Origin: Syntrophales bacterium
GTDB taxonomy: Bacteria > Desulfobacterota > Syntrophia > Syntrophales > UBA2210
Length of the DNA stretch: 64,000 bases
Reading direction: 5' to 3'
Assembly (NCBI GenBank): GCA_963662405.2
Contig: CAXXKT010000001.1
Location: forward strand, 1,536,001-1,600,000
In this document: one piece after another, positions 49,211-59,239 of the stretch
How the letters are laid out: every line of letters begins with the position of its first letter
How positions within the stretch are numbered: position 1 is the first letter of the stretch
Notes under the pieces: model-generated
What the model was told of the DNA's origin: nothing
Seen by the model: the letters and a program-made list of their open reading frames with translations, nothing else
Databases searched by the model: none
Position numbers and translations under genes: made by a program

Positions 49211-51277
49211 TCAGGAGCGGGAAATCAATTTTCTTGCGGTTTCAATCACATGCTGCACGGTAATGCCGAACTTTTCATACAGGACCGAACCGGGGGCGCT
49301 GGCTCCGAACCCATCCATGCCGACAATTGCCCCCTCATGGCCCACGTAGTGTTCCCATCCCAGCCGGATCCCCGCCTCCACGGCCACGCGCGCCTTCACC
49401 GATGAAGGAAGGACCACTTCCTGGTACGCCGCCGGCTGTGCGTCAAACAGTTCCCATGACGGGAGCGAAACGACGCGGACCTTGATCCCTTCCTCTTCGG
49501 ACAGGATCTTCCCGGCGCCGAGGGCGACCTGCAGTTCAGAACCGGTCCCGATCAGGATTATCTCCGGCAGGCCGGTCCATGTCTCCCATACGGCATATCC
49601 TCCCCTGTGCAGACCATCCGCCGGTTCGTAGACTGAACGATCGATAATCGGGATGTCCTGGCGCGAGAAGACCAGCGCGGTGGGCCCGCTGTTGTTGAGG
49701 AGGGCCCGGCGCCACGCCTCCACCGCCTCCGTCGCGTCGGAGGGTCGAATTACCGTCAGGCCGGGCATGGCCCGCAGGCTCATCAGGTGCTCGATGGGCT
49801 GGTGGGTGGGGCCGTCTTCTCCCACACCGATGCTGTCATGGGTCAGAACATAGATGACGGGGGCACCCATCAGGGCCGCGAGGCGCATTGAGGGGCGCAT
49901 ATAATCCGAGAAGACAAAGAAGGTGCCGACGAAGGGGATGATCCCCCCGTGGAGCGCCATGCCGTTGGCGATCGCCGTCATCGCGTGCTCGCGGACGCCG
50001 AAGTGCAGGTTTCGCCCTTCGTATCCCCACGTATCCCCCACGGCCCCCTGGACATCCTTTGATCCCGTTCCGGGAGCCTGGAAATCACCACACCCCTTGA
50101 GCCAGGTCAGTGTTGAGGGATTGAGGTCGGCCGAGCCCCCCACCAGCTCCGGGAGGACCGGGGCGAGGGTCTGAAGGACCGCCTCGGAGACTTTCCGGGT
50201 GGAGACGGGTTTCTGCGTGCCGTCAAACACCGGGAGAAAATCCTCCCAATTTGGTGGCAGGATCCCCGCCTGGACGCGTTCGAATTGAGAAACGGCCTCA
50301 GGATCTTCATTCCTGTATTGCTCAAGGGTCGACTGCCATGCTGCCTCCTCCTTCTTCCCTTGATCGACAGCGCCGCGCATATGCCGTGTGACCTCCGGCG
50401 GGACAACAAACGGCTGTTCAGGCCAGCAGAGATGCTCCCGTGTGGCCGAAACCTCTTCCCCCCCAAGGGGGGACCCGTGGCAGGAGGCGGTCCCCTGCTT
50501 GGCCGGCGATCCGTACCCGATTACCGTTCGTACCGCGATCATTGAGGGGCGCTGTGTCTCCCCCTTCGCATTCGTGATGGCCCGGTCTATCGCCTCAACG
50601 TCGTTTCCATCCGCGACCTGTTGCACGTGCCAGCCGCACGAATCGAACCGTTTCTTCACATCCTCGGTGAAAGAAAGTCGCGTCTCGCCGGCGAGGGATA
50701 TCAGGTTGTCATCGTACAAGACAATTAATTTGCCGAGCCCCAGGTGCCCGGCCAGTGAGCAGGCCTCGTAGGAGAGCCCCTCCATCAGGTCGCCGTCCCC
50801 GGCGATGACGTAGGTATAGTGGTCCACGATCTTTGTGCCAGGACGGTTGTGCACGGCGGCGAGGTGGGCCTCAGCGATCGCCATTCCGACCGCATCACCG
50901 ATCCCCTGACCAAGTGGCCCGGTTGTCACCTCAACACCCGGGGTCACACCAAACTCCGGGTGCCCCGGGGTCTTGCCCTTCCACGTGCGAAAAGCCCTGA
51001 TGTCGTCGATGGAAAGATCGTAGCCGGTCAGATGGAGGAGGGCGTAGAGGAGCATGGATCCGTGACCCGCGGAGAGGACGAAGCGGTCTCGATCGATCCA
51101 CCCCGGGTTCGAGGGATTGTGCTTCAGGTGACGGGTCCAGAGGGTGTAGGCCATCGTCGCTCCTCCCATGGGGAGGCCCGGGTGTCCTGATCGTGCCCCC
51201 TGTATCGCATCAATCGCGAGGAAACGGATCGTATTGATGGAAAGTTCTGCCAACTGCCTGATGTCGTTATTATCCAT
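49211..51277 (-). CDS. tkt: Transketolase
   Basis: [44 protein letters not shown]. Confidence 0.97.
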   Translation of the reverse strand: MDNNDIRQLAELSINTIRFLAIDAIQGARSGHPGLPMGGATMAYTLWTRHLKHNPSNPGWIDRDRFVLSAGHGSMLLYALLHLTGYDLSIDDIRAFRTWKGKTPGHPEFGVTPGVEVTTGPLGQGIGDAVGMAIAEAHLAAVHNRPGTKIVDHYTYVIAGDGDLMEGLSYEACSLAGHLGLGKLIVLYDDNLISLAGETRLSFTEDVKKRFDSCGWHVQQVADGNDVEAIDRAITNAKGETQRPSMIAVRTVIGYGSPAKQGTASCHGSPLGGEEVSATREHLCWPEQPFVVPPEVTRHMRGAVDQGKKEEAAWQSTLEQYRNEDPEAVSQFERVQAGILPPNWEDFLPVFDGTQKPVSTRKVSEAVLQTLAPVLPELVGGSADLNPSTLTWLKGCGDFQAPGTGSKDVQGAVGDTWGYEGRNLHFGVREHAMTAIANGMALHGGIIPFVGTFFVFSDYMRPSMRLAALMGAPVIYVLTHDSIGVGEDGPTHQPIEHLMSLRAMPGLTVIRPSDATEAVEAWRRALLNNSGPTALVFSRQDIPIIDRSVYEPADGLHRGGYAVWETWTGLPEIILIGTGSELQVALGAGKILSEEEGIKVRVVSLPSWELFDAQPAAYQEVVLPSSVKARVAVEAGIRLGWEHYVGHEGAIVGMDGFGASAPGSVLYEKFGITVQHVIETARKLISRS

Positions 51278-51449
51278 GCTCTCTGTGTCAACTCCTTGAA
51301 AGATATTTAGAGGAACAACCCCGTGGGAAGGTGCGGGGAATCACCCCGCTCTCATGATACGAACATTTGGCTGCCGCTCTGCGGAAAACGCCCCCTATCC
51401 GGGCACTACTACTTGATTTGGCGGCAATTCTCAAGAAAAATGTCGGACA

Positions 51450-52235
51450 TCACGGTATGTCCTGGAACTCGGCTATCATTACGGTGTGGTCGGAGGGTTT
51501 TTCTGCGCGTCTTGGTCCCAGATCGATCCGGCAATCAACCGATTGGCCAACCATAGGGTGGGTTGCAATGATGTGATCGACACGCCACCCGAGTCCCCGA
51601 TCCAGGGCAGCGGGGACCCGGTAGTCGAAAAAGGCGAACTGCCCCGCTTCCCCCGGGTGGTGTTTTCTGAAAAGGTCGGTCAGGCCCCATGACGTGAGGA
51701 GGTCAAAGGCCTCCCATACCTCCGGGGTGAAATCGACATGTCCCATGAGTCGCCGGGGATCATGGACGTCAATCTCTTCGCGGGCGACGTTGAGGTCTCC
51801 ACAGCAGACCAAGAGATCATCCGGTGAATAGTGCCGCTCCAGGAAGGCGCGCAGGCGGGCAAACCACTCGATCTTGTATTGGAACTGGGGCAGTTCCCGG
51901 TCACGCCCCTGAGGGACGTACAGATTCAGGACCGATACCCCGGAGAAGATCCCCCTGATCAGGCGGTCGGTATCGAATGGCTCTGCATCGTCCAGACCGG
52001 ACGCAACCGCTTCGGGCTTTTCCAAGGACGCAATGGCGACACCGTTGTATCGTTTTTCACCGCTGAAAGCCACATGGTACCCGATCTCCTCGAACGCTCC
52101 CGCCGGAAATTTGGCATTCTCGACCTTTGTCTCCTGCAGGCACAGGACATCGGGGCGATTTTCCCGCAACCACGGGATGACGATGTGGAGGCGGGAACGG
52201 ATGGAATTGACATTGTAGGTCGCAACCCGGAACAT
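51450..52235 (-). CDS. xth: Exodeoxyribonuclease III
   Basis: TYNVNSIR, CLQETK, GDLNVA, GWRVDH, PSDH. Confidence 0.93.
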   Translation of the reverse strand: MFRVATYNVNSIRSRLHIVIPWLRENRPDVLCLQETKVENAKFPAGAFEEIGYHVAFSGEKRYNGVAIASLEKPEAVASGLDDAEPFDTDRLIRGIFSGVSVLNLYVPQGRDRELPQFQYKIEWFARLRAFLERHYSPDDLLVCCGDLNVAREEIDVHDPRRLMGHVDFTPEVWEAFDLLTSWGLTDLFRKHHPGEAGQFAFFDYRVPAALDRGLGWRVDHIIATHPMVGQSVDCRIDLGPRRAEKPSDHTVMIAEFQDIP

Positions 52236-52261
52236 AGGTATCACCGTTTCATCACTGTGCC

Positions 52262-52714
52262 CTATCCGGGCATCAGGGTCTTCAGGATATCCTCCTTCCC
52301 GATAACACCGACCAATTTCCCCTGATCAATGACCGGGATGGTATGTATGTTGTGCTTGACCATCAGGGTGGCGATCTCTTCCAACTCCGTGTCACGTTCG
52401 ACCGTCACGGGATTGGTGGACATGGCCTCAGCGACGGTGACCGCCGCCATCTTTTTCAGTGCCTTTTCGATATCCCGTTGGGAGGTCAGGGGGATCAGGG
52501 CGTCGAGGAGGATGAAATAGGATGGCAGAGGGATCTTTTTCTGCTGGGTGATCAGGTCATCCTGGCAGATCATCCCCTCCAGCTTTCCGTCCTTGCCGAC
52601 AACGGGCAGGCCGTTGATGTGATGCGCAAGGAGCAGGCGGGCGGCCTGGGTAATTTCCGTCTCGGGATCAACCACGATGATATCCTTTGTCATGATGTCA
52701 GCGGCGGTGAACAT
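52262..52714 (-). CDS. CBS-domain pair protein
   Basis: AADIMT..GLPVV..AEAMS..IPVID. Confidence 0.88.
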   Translation of the reverse strand: MFTAADIMTKDIIVVDPETEITQAARLLLAHHINGLPVVGKDGKLEGMICQDDLITQQKKIPLPSYFILLDALIPLTSQRDIEKALKKMAAVTVAEAMSTNPVTVERDTELEEIATLMVKHNIHTIPVIDQGKLVGVIGKEDILKTLMPG

Positions 52715-52751
52715 AACGTCTCCTCCCCTCATTTTTTTTCTATTGTACCTG

Positions 52752-54752
52752 TTACGCCCCCTGTTTGTCACCTGGATTATGGAGGAGACCCATGACACCG
52801 GCGATCTTTTCCGATGATCCGACGGCGAAGAGGACATCGTCCTCCTCAAAGGGCGTATCCACATCAAGATGTGAGATGATCTCTTTCCCCCTGCGTATTG
52901 CCAGCACGGTCACACCGTATCGTTTCCTCAGCTCGATCTGAGCGAGTGATTTTCCGATGAGCGGCGCTGTGTGACCGATGCGCAGGGCGCTGATCTCGAT
53001 ATCGGGGACCTGGAGCTTTAGATCCCCGAAGGAAGCGGTCTTCCGGGCAAGTGACCGGAACATCTCGTAGCCGTCCGCCCGTACCTCGGCGACGAATCTC
53101 TTGATGACATCGTGAGACACCAGATACTTGGTCAGGACACGGCTGAAGATTTCCACTGAGGTCTCAAACTCTTCCGGAATGACATCGTCGGCACCCAAAT
53201 CATAAAGAGGGGCCATCTCCTGAAAAAAACGCGTCCGAACGATGAGGTACACGTGCGGATTCAATCTCCGCGCAATTTCCGTAATCCCCCGGGTCGCCGC
53301 CGGATCGTTGATCGCAACTACGACGATCTTGGCATCCCGGACCCCCGCGTATTGAAATACCGCCTCCTGGGTCGCATCGCCGTAACAGATCGGCTCACCC
53401 TTTGCCTGTTCGGAGCGGACCGTCTCGGGATTCATCTCGACGATGACGTACGGGATATCCGCCACCTTCGCGGCCCGCGCAACGTTTCTCCCGTTTACCC
53501 CGAAGCCGACGATGATCACGTGATCGTTGATGCCCCCCGTTAGCGGTTCCGGGACGGGGTACAAACCGGTTCTGAGCCATTCCGGAACGGGGCCCCGCAT
53601 GGCGAACTCCGCCAGACGGGGGGCAAACCCCATGATGAACGGGGTTGCCGCCATACTGAGGACGGAGAATGACAGGAAGGTCTGATACCCATTGCCGGTG
53701 AGGAGACCATGTTCGATGCCCGCCTTGGAGAGGATGAAGGAAAACTCACCGATCTGGCTGAGGGCGAGTCCGATCAGGATCGCGGCGCGCAATTGAAGGC
53801 CCAGCAGCACCGCGGCTCCCCCGGCAATAATTGCTTTGAGGAGAAAGACCCCCCCTGTTATCAAGAGGATCAGGCCCAGATGCCGGAAGAGAAAACCGAT
53901 ATCCAGCAGCATCCCGATGGAGACAAAAAAGAAGCTCATGAAGACATCACGGAAGGGGAGTATATTGCCGAGCGCCTGATGGCTGTATTCCGATTCGGAG
54001 ATGATCAGTCCCGCCAGAAACGCCCCGAGGGCGAGGGAAAGGCCGATGCTGGAGGTCAACCACGCGACGGCGAAGCATATGACGACAATGGTCAGCAGAA
54101 AGAGTTCCGGGCTCCTGGTCCGGGCGATCTGATACAGGATCCGGGGGACGATCCACCGGGCGCAGACGATAACCAGGGCGATAATCCCGATCCCCTTGGT
54201 GACAAGGAGCAGAGAGGTGCTGGTCAGGTCACCCGTCGCCCCGGTCAGGAGGGGTGTCACCAAGATCATCGGTACGATGATGATATCCTGGAAGATCAGG
54301 ATCCCCAGCGTGGTTTGTCCGTGGGGGGTGTCGATCTCGGCCCGTTCCTGGGTCAGCTTCAGGACAATGGCCGTACTGCTGAGGGCCACGAGAAACCCCA
54401 AGAAGACGGATTCTCCGGTCGGCTGCCCCATTCTTCCGGCCACGGCGAAGACTGCCAGGATTGTCAGTGATACCTGCAGAAGTCCTCCGACGAGGACGAG
54501 CTTTTTGATCTGCAACAATCTGTTCAGTGAAAACTCAATCCCGATGGTGAAGAGGAGGAGGACGACACCGATCTCGGCAAGCAGCTCGACCTCTCCGACT
54601 ACCCCGACAAGTCCCAGTCCGTGGGGGCCCGCCAAGACACCGGTCAGGAGAAAGCCCACGATAGTCGGCACGTGGATCTGATGACAGACAAAGACGACGA
54701 GGACCGACAGGCCCAATATTGTGATACCGTAATTCAGCAGGTGGCTTTCCAT
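52752..54752 (-). CDS. CPA2 K+/H+ antiporter (KefB/KefC-like) with TrkA-N and TrkA-C domains
   Basis: LLLFTIGIEF, ALSSTAIV, ILIFQD, LGAFLAG, SQIGEFSF, GFGVNG, YGDA, RCK-C tail. Confidence 0.92.
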   Translation of the reverse strand: MESHLLNYGITILGLSVLVVFVCHQIHVPTIVGFLLTGVLAGPHGLGLVGVVGEVELLAEIGVVLLLFTIGIEFSLNRLLQIKKLVLVGGLLQVSLTILAVFAVAGRMGQPTGESVFLGFLVALSSTAIVLKLTQERAEIDTPHGQTTLGILIFQDIIIVPMILVTPLLTGATGDLTSTSLLLVTKGIGIIALVIVCARWIVPRILYQIARTRSPELFLLTIVVICFAVAWLTSSIGLSLALGAFLAGLIISESEYSHQALGNILPFRDVFMSFFFVSIGMLLDIGFLFRHLGLILLITGGVFLLKAIIAGGAAVLLGLQLRAAILIGLALSQIGEFSFILSKAGIEHGLLTGNGYQTFLSFSVLSMAATPFIMGFAPRLAEFAMRGPVPEWLRTGLYPVPEPLTGGINDHVIIVGFGVNGRNVARAAKVADIPYVIVEMNPETVRSEQAKGEPICYGDATQEAVFQYAGVRDAKIVVVAINDPAATRGITEIARRLNPHVYLIVRTRFFQEMAPLYDLGADDVIPEEFETSVEIFSRVLTKYLVSHDVIKRFVAEVRADGYEMFRSLARKTASFGDLKLQVPDIEISALRIGHTAPLIGKSLAQIELRKRYGVTVLAIRRGKEIISHLDVDTPFEEDDVLFAVGSSEKIAGVMGLLHNPGDKQGA

Positions 54753-55074
54753 TGTAATCGTATGTCCTTATGCCCCGGCAGTAACCATTTCCACAATCAA
54801 GAAAAACGATAGTAGCACCCTGGGCTGATATTTTCAAAGATATGATGCGGATCGGGTCATTTTCGACACAACGGCCCGAGGATCCCGTGGGGCTGATTCG
54901 GGATAGAGGAATACGAACAGGACCTGCTTCTTGACTTCCTAGGTGTTTCGTGTAAGAATCATTCGACTAAGAATATTTATACGTGGCAACGATTGAGGAA
55001 GTAATTTAAAACAGGGAAGCCGCCAGGCGGTAGATGACCGGTCCCCGGATGCCGCTGGAGGCTGCGTGACGGAG

Positions 55075-55626
55075 ATGCCTTTTCATAAAAAAGATAAATC
55101 GGAGAATTTGGAATCCCTTCCCGTATTTTTTGAACATACCGGAATCGATGAAACGTTCGACATCGGGCAAGATGGATCGGACGAAGGCTGCAGTTTCCGG
55201 ATCCTGGTTGCCCTGCGCCGGATCATGCATTTTGTCGATGCCTATTCCAAGAAACTCGCAGTTGATTACCATATAACAGGGCCACAGCTCATCTGTCTCT
55301 ATTCCATCGTGAAGGAAGGACCCCTGACCCTTTCGGATCTGGGGAGGCGAGTCAGCCTGAGCATGAGCACCGTGAACGGAATTGTCGATCGCCTTGATTA
55401 TAAGGAACTTGTCGTGCGTGAGCGGAGGGATCGGGACCGCCGCAAGGTGCTCATTTCGGCTACTGATTCCGGAAGGCAATTGGCGTCACAGGCCCCGCTC
55501 CCCCTGCAAGATCGGCTTGCCCAAGCGATTACACGATTGCCTGAGGAGGAGCAGGCTTCAATTGCCCTTTCATTTGAAAGGGTCGTGGAGATGATGGAGG
55601 TGAAGAGTTCATTTCCCCGTACCTGA
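55075..55626 (+). CDS. MarR-family regulator (EctR/CosR-like)
   Basis: ILVALRRI..SKKL..ITGPQL, STVNGIVDRL, DRRKV; upstream of proVWX. Confidence 0.85.
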   Translation: MPFHKKDKSENLESLPVFFEHTGIDETFDIGQDGSDEGCSFRILVALRRIMHFVDAYSKKLAVDYHITGPQLICLYSIVKEGPLTLSDLGRRVSLSMSTVNGIVDRLDYKELVVRERRDRDRRKVLISATDSGRQLASQAPLPLQDRLAQAITRLPEEEQASIALSFERVVEMMEVKSSFPRT

Positions 55627-55793
55627 CGGTGCGCACCTGGGTGATGGATCCGGGCACTGAAAAGGTTTACAGGCAAGGGATCACACCTGTCCGGTATACC
55701 CGTCGGCTTACTCCGAATTCCTCCCAAAATTAAAGATACGGTGTATACGAGACAAACCCGTTTGTCTCATCATCATGAGGAGATTGCAGAAAC

Positions 55794-56993
55794 ATGGCTG
55801 AGAAAATTATTGTTGAACATCTGTTCAAGATCTTTGGAGATCATCCCGAAAAGGCGCTCAAGCTCTACAAGGAGGGCCTTTCCAAGGACGATATCATGGA
55901 AAAAACCCGTCAGACGATTGGGGTCGCCGATGTCTCTTTTACGGTTAACGAAGGTGAGATCCTTGTAATAATGGGGCTTTCAGGGAGCGGAAAATCGACC
56001 CTGGTCCGCTGTATCAATCGGCTGATCGAGCCGTCGTACGGAAAGATCACCCTTGACGGGGTTGATGTTACCACCCTCTCCAGCGAAGCGCTTCGCAAGC
56101 TGCGGCAGGAGCGCTTCGGGATGGTATTTCAGCATTTTGCCCTTTTCCCCCGGCGGACCGTCATCAAAAATGTGGAATACGGACTGGAGATCCAGAAGGT
56201 TCCCCCCCCCGTTCGCGAGGAAAAGGCAATCCAGGCCTTGGAACAGGTTGGTCTCAAGGGGTGGGAAGATTCATATCCCGGCCAACTCAGCGGGGGGATG
56301 CAGCAGCGAGTGGGGCTGGCGCGGGCACTGGCGCTTGATCCGGATATCATGCTGATGGACGAGGCCTTCAGCGCCCTGGATCCCCTTATCAGGAGAGACA
56401 TGCAGGACGAACTCCTCGACCTTCAGGAACGGGTACAGAAGACGATCATCTTCATCAGTCATGATCTCGATGAGGCCCTCAAGCTGGGGGATCGGATTAT
56501 CCTCATGAAGGACGGGAAGATTGTCCAGGAAGGGACCGCGGAGGATATCCTGACGAATCCGGCTGATGAATATGTGGAAAAATTTGTTGAGGATGTGGAC
56601 CTTTCCAAGGTGATCACCGCCGAGACCGTTATGAAAAACCCGTTGGAGGTGGCCAGTTTTGCCCATGACGGCCCCAAGGCCGCCCTGTGGAAGATGAAGA
56701 AGGCGGGGATATCCAGTATCTTTGTCCAACACAAGGGAAAGGTACAGGGGATCGTCAACGCCGATGACGCCGCCCGGGCCCTCAAAAACGGTGAGAAGGA
56801 CCTGACCGGGATCCTGCGGACGGATATCGTCACTGTAACGCCCGATACACTTGCATCGGAGCTGTTCCCCCTCTTGGCGGAGTCGAGCCCGGTTGCCGTG
56901 GTGAATACCGAAGGGAAACTGAAAGGGGTCATCGTCAAGGGATCTCTGATAGCAGCGCTTTCTGAAGGAGTAAACAACAATGGAACAACTTAG
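55794..56993 (+). CDS. proV: Glycine betaine/proline ABC transporter ATPase with CBS domains
   Basis: GLSGSGKS, LSGGMQQRVGLARAL, DEAFSALDPLIR. Confidence 0.93.
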   Translation: MAEKIIVEHLFKIFGDHPEKALKLYKEGLSKDDIMEKTRQTIGVADVSFTVNEGEILVIMGLSGSGKSTLVRCINRLIEPSYGKITLDGVDVTTLSSEALRKLRQERFGMVFQHFALFPRRTVIKNVEYGLEIQKVPPPVREEKAIQALEQVGLKGWEDSYPGQLSGGMQQRVGLARALALDPDIMLMDEAFSALDPLIRRDMQDELLDLQERVQKTIIFISHDLDEALKLGDRIILMKDGKIVQEGTAEDILTNPADEYVEKFVEDVDLSKVITAETVMKNPLEVASFAHDGPKAALWKMKKAGISSIFVQHKGKVQGIVNADDAARALKNGEKDLTGILRTDIVTVTPDTLASELFPLLAESSPVAVVNTEGKLKGVIVKGSLIAALSEGVNNNGTT

Positions 56994-57825
56994 AATACCG
57001 ATCGGTAAGACAATCGAGTGGCTGATCGAGCTCTTTACCGAGCATTTCTCATTTATCACCATCGCCTTTTCCCAGGTAACGGAAAACGGGATCAAATATC
57101 TCGTAAAGGTGATGATGTTTCCCCCGCCATGGGTACTCATTGTGATCTTTACCGGACTGGCCTGGTATTTGAGCAAGAGGAGGGGGATTGCCCTCTTTAC
57201 TGTTATCGGCCTGTCCCTGATCTGGAACATGGGGTTGTGGCACCCGACGGTGAGCACGATAGCCCTGGTCCTCATCTCGACCCTGATAGCAATATTGATC
57301 GGCATGCCTTTGGGGATTGTCTCGGCGCTGAATCAGACCGCCTATCGGGTCATCATGCCGATCCTGGATGTAATGCAGACGATGCCTGCCTTTGTCTATC
57401 TCATCCCGGCCATCCCGCTCTTTGGTCTCGGTCCGGTGGGCGCGATATTTTCGACGGTCATCTTTGCCATGCCGCCAGCGATCCGGCTGACCTGTCTGGG
57501 CATCAGGCAGGTCCCCGTTGAGCTGATCGAGGCCGCAGACGCCTTTGGAAGTACCAAGGGACAGAAGCTGTTCAAGCTTCAGCTTCCCATGGCAACCCCC
57601 ACCATCATGGCCGGAATCAATCAGACCATCATGCTGGCGCTGTCCATGGTAGTGATCGCCGCGATGATTGGTGCCAAGGGCCTCGGCGGCGAGGTGTGGA
57701 AGGCGATTCAGCGGCTCCAGCCCGATCGGGGGTTTGAGGCGGGTATCGCCATCGTCATTATTGCCATGATCCTTGATCGCATCATGCAGAGGATCGGGGG
57801 CAAGGCGGAGGGGACACCGGAGTGA
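56980..57825 (+). CDS. proW: Glycine betaine ABC transporter permease
   Basis: LDVMQTMPAFVYLIP, EAA motif, ALSMVVIAAMIGA.GLG. Confidence 0.93.
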   Translation: MEQLRIPIGKTIEWLIELFTEHFSFITIAFSQVTENGIKYLVKVMMFPPPWVLIVIFTGLAWYLSKRRGIALFTVIGLSLIWNMGLWHPTVSTIALVLISTLIAILIGMPLGIVSALNQTAYRVIMPILDVMQTMPAFVYLIPAIPLFGLGPVGAIFSTVIFAMPPAIRLTCLGIRQVPVELIEAADAFGSTKGQKLFKLQLPMATPTIMAGINQTIMLALSMVVIAAMIGAKGLGGEVWKAIQRLQPDRGFEAGIAIVIIAMILDRIMQRIGGKAEGTPE

Positions 57826-57894
57826 TAGAGCGAGGGTATACACAAAAACAGAAAAAGGATGATTCGGAGAAACAAACACAAAGAGGAGGAAGGT

Positions 57895-58746
57895 ATGAAA
57901 AAGATCGGCTTAGTGGTTATTATTGTAGCACTGGCTTTGGTCCTGGGGCCCATTTCCAGTACGTATGCGGCAAAGGGAGAGGTTGAGCTGGCCTATGTTG
58001 AATGGTCATGCGCGACGGCGAGCGTGAATGTGGTGAAGGCGGTGTTGGAGGAGAAGCTGGGATACACGGTAGAGATTACCCCCGTGAGCGCGGCCGCCAT
58101 GTGGCAGGCCCTTGCCAGCGGAGATGTGGACGGGATAACGACGGCCTGGCTCCCGGTCACGCACGCCCATTACATCGCGAAGGTCAAGGACAAGGTCGTC
58201 GACCTGGGATCCAACTGTGAAGGTGCGGGGATCGGCCTGGTGGCACCCACCTATGTGACGATCGATTCCATCGGTGAGATGAATGCCGTCGCCGATAAAT
58301 TCGACGGCAAGATCATCGGTATCGATCCCGGTGCGGGGCTCATGAGTAAGACCGAAAAGGCCATCAAGGAGTACGGACTGACCAAGTTTGAGCTGATGGA
58401 GGGGACCGGGGCCATCATGACCGCCGTCTTGAAGAATAAGATAAAGAAAAAAGAATGGGTTGTTGTGACCGGATGGACTCCGCATTGGAAGTTTGCCCGG
58501 TGGGACCTGAAATATCTCAAGGATCCCAAGGGTATTTTCGGCGGGGCCGAGGAGATCAGGACGATCGTCCGCACGGGACTCGACAAGGATATGCCGGAGG
58601 TATACCGCTTCCTCGATAAATTTCACTGGAACCTGGCGGAGATCGGCCAGGTAATGGGGTGGAACGCCGACGGCGCTGATCCCTATGAATCCGCCAAACG
58701 CTGGATCAAGGAAAATCCGGACCGTGTCAATGAGTGGTTGAAATAA
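57895..58746 (+). CDS. proX: Glycine betaine ABC transporter substrate-binding protein
   Basis: Signal peptide, AWLP.TH, GIDPGAG, GWTPHW.F, LKDPK. Confidence 0.9.
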   Translation: MKKIGLVVIIVALALVLGPISSTYAAKGEVELAYVEWSCATASVNVVKAVLEEKLGYTVEITPVSAAAMWQALASGDVDGITTAWLPVTHAHYIAKVKDKVVDLGSNCEGAGIGLVAPTYVTIDSIGEMNAVADKFDGKIIGIDPGAGLMSKTEKAIKEYGLTKFELMEGTGAIMTAVLKNKIKKKEWVVVTGWTPHWKFARWDLKYLKDPKGIFGGAEEIRTIVRTGLDKDMPEVYRFLDKFHWNLAEIGQVMGWNADGADPYESAKRWIKENPDRVNEWLK

Positions 58747-58784
58747 GGCGCACGCGAAGATCGTGCGCGGCACGCTGTAACATG

Positions 58785-58817
58785 ACGGCCGCCCCGGACG
58801 GGGGGGCCGTTTTTTTT
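58785..58817 (+). terminator. Rho-independent terminator after proX (lies between convergent genes)
   Basis: ACGGCC.CCCC-loop-GGGG.GGCCGT followed by a T run. Confidence 0.8.
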
Positions 58818-58820
58818 ATG

Positions 58821-58976
58821 TTATGTGTTCCTATCGGACTTTTCATTCGGGTTCCTTTTGTCCGCCACCTGGCAGGTCTGATTCATTCAGGTGGGTATCC
58901 CCATCTTCGGGAATATATAGGACTGAAGAACAACCCAGACAGTGACAATCCCCAGAAGAATCAATATGTCGTGCAT
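58821..58976 (-). CDS. Small single-TM putative selenoprotein (51 aa if UGA is read as Sec; 29 aa otherwise)
   Basis: MHDILILLGIVTVWVVLQSYIFPKMGIPT-U-MNQTCQVADKRNPNEKSDRNT; RBS GAGGGAG; UGA at 58889-58887; SECIS-like hairpin at 58862-58876. Confidence 0.65.
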
Positions 58977-59002
58977 GCTCTCCCTCGCCACTCTTTTTCC
59001 GT

Positions 59003-59031
59003 AAGATAGTGTCCTGTTTCTTCCTTGTCAA
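59003..59031 (-). promoter_or_regulatory. Putative sigma70 promoter of the small membrane gene
   Basis: TTGACA-N17-TATCTT. Confidence 0.65.
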
Positions 59032-59173
59032 ATCCCCCGCCACGGAGCACTGGTATCGTCCTCTCTCACTTCAAACACCATTTTCAAGGGACACTAGCCC
59101 GGAAACGTGTGTCCGTTATCGTTCCGGGTCTCCATTCCGGGAGGGAGGAGACATGGTCTTGGTGGAGATAAAC

Positions 59174-59202
59174 TTGACCTCGCCGGTTTGAGTGATTATA
59201 CT
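59174..59202 (+). promoter_or_regulatory. Putative sigma70 promoter of the CoA-disulfide reductase gene
   Basis: TTGACC-N17-TATACT. Confidence 0.6.
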
Positions 59203-59239
59203 TGAAAGAAATATTATAAAATTGGGGGGGTTTGTTCCT

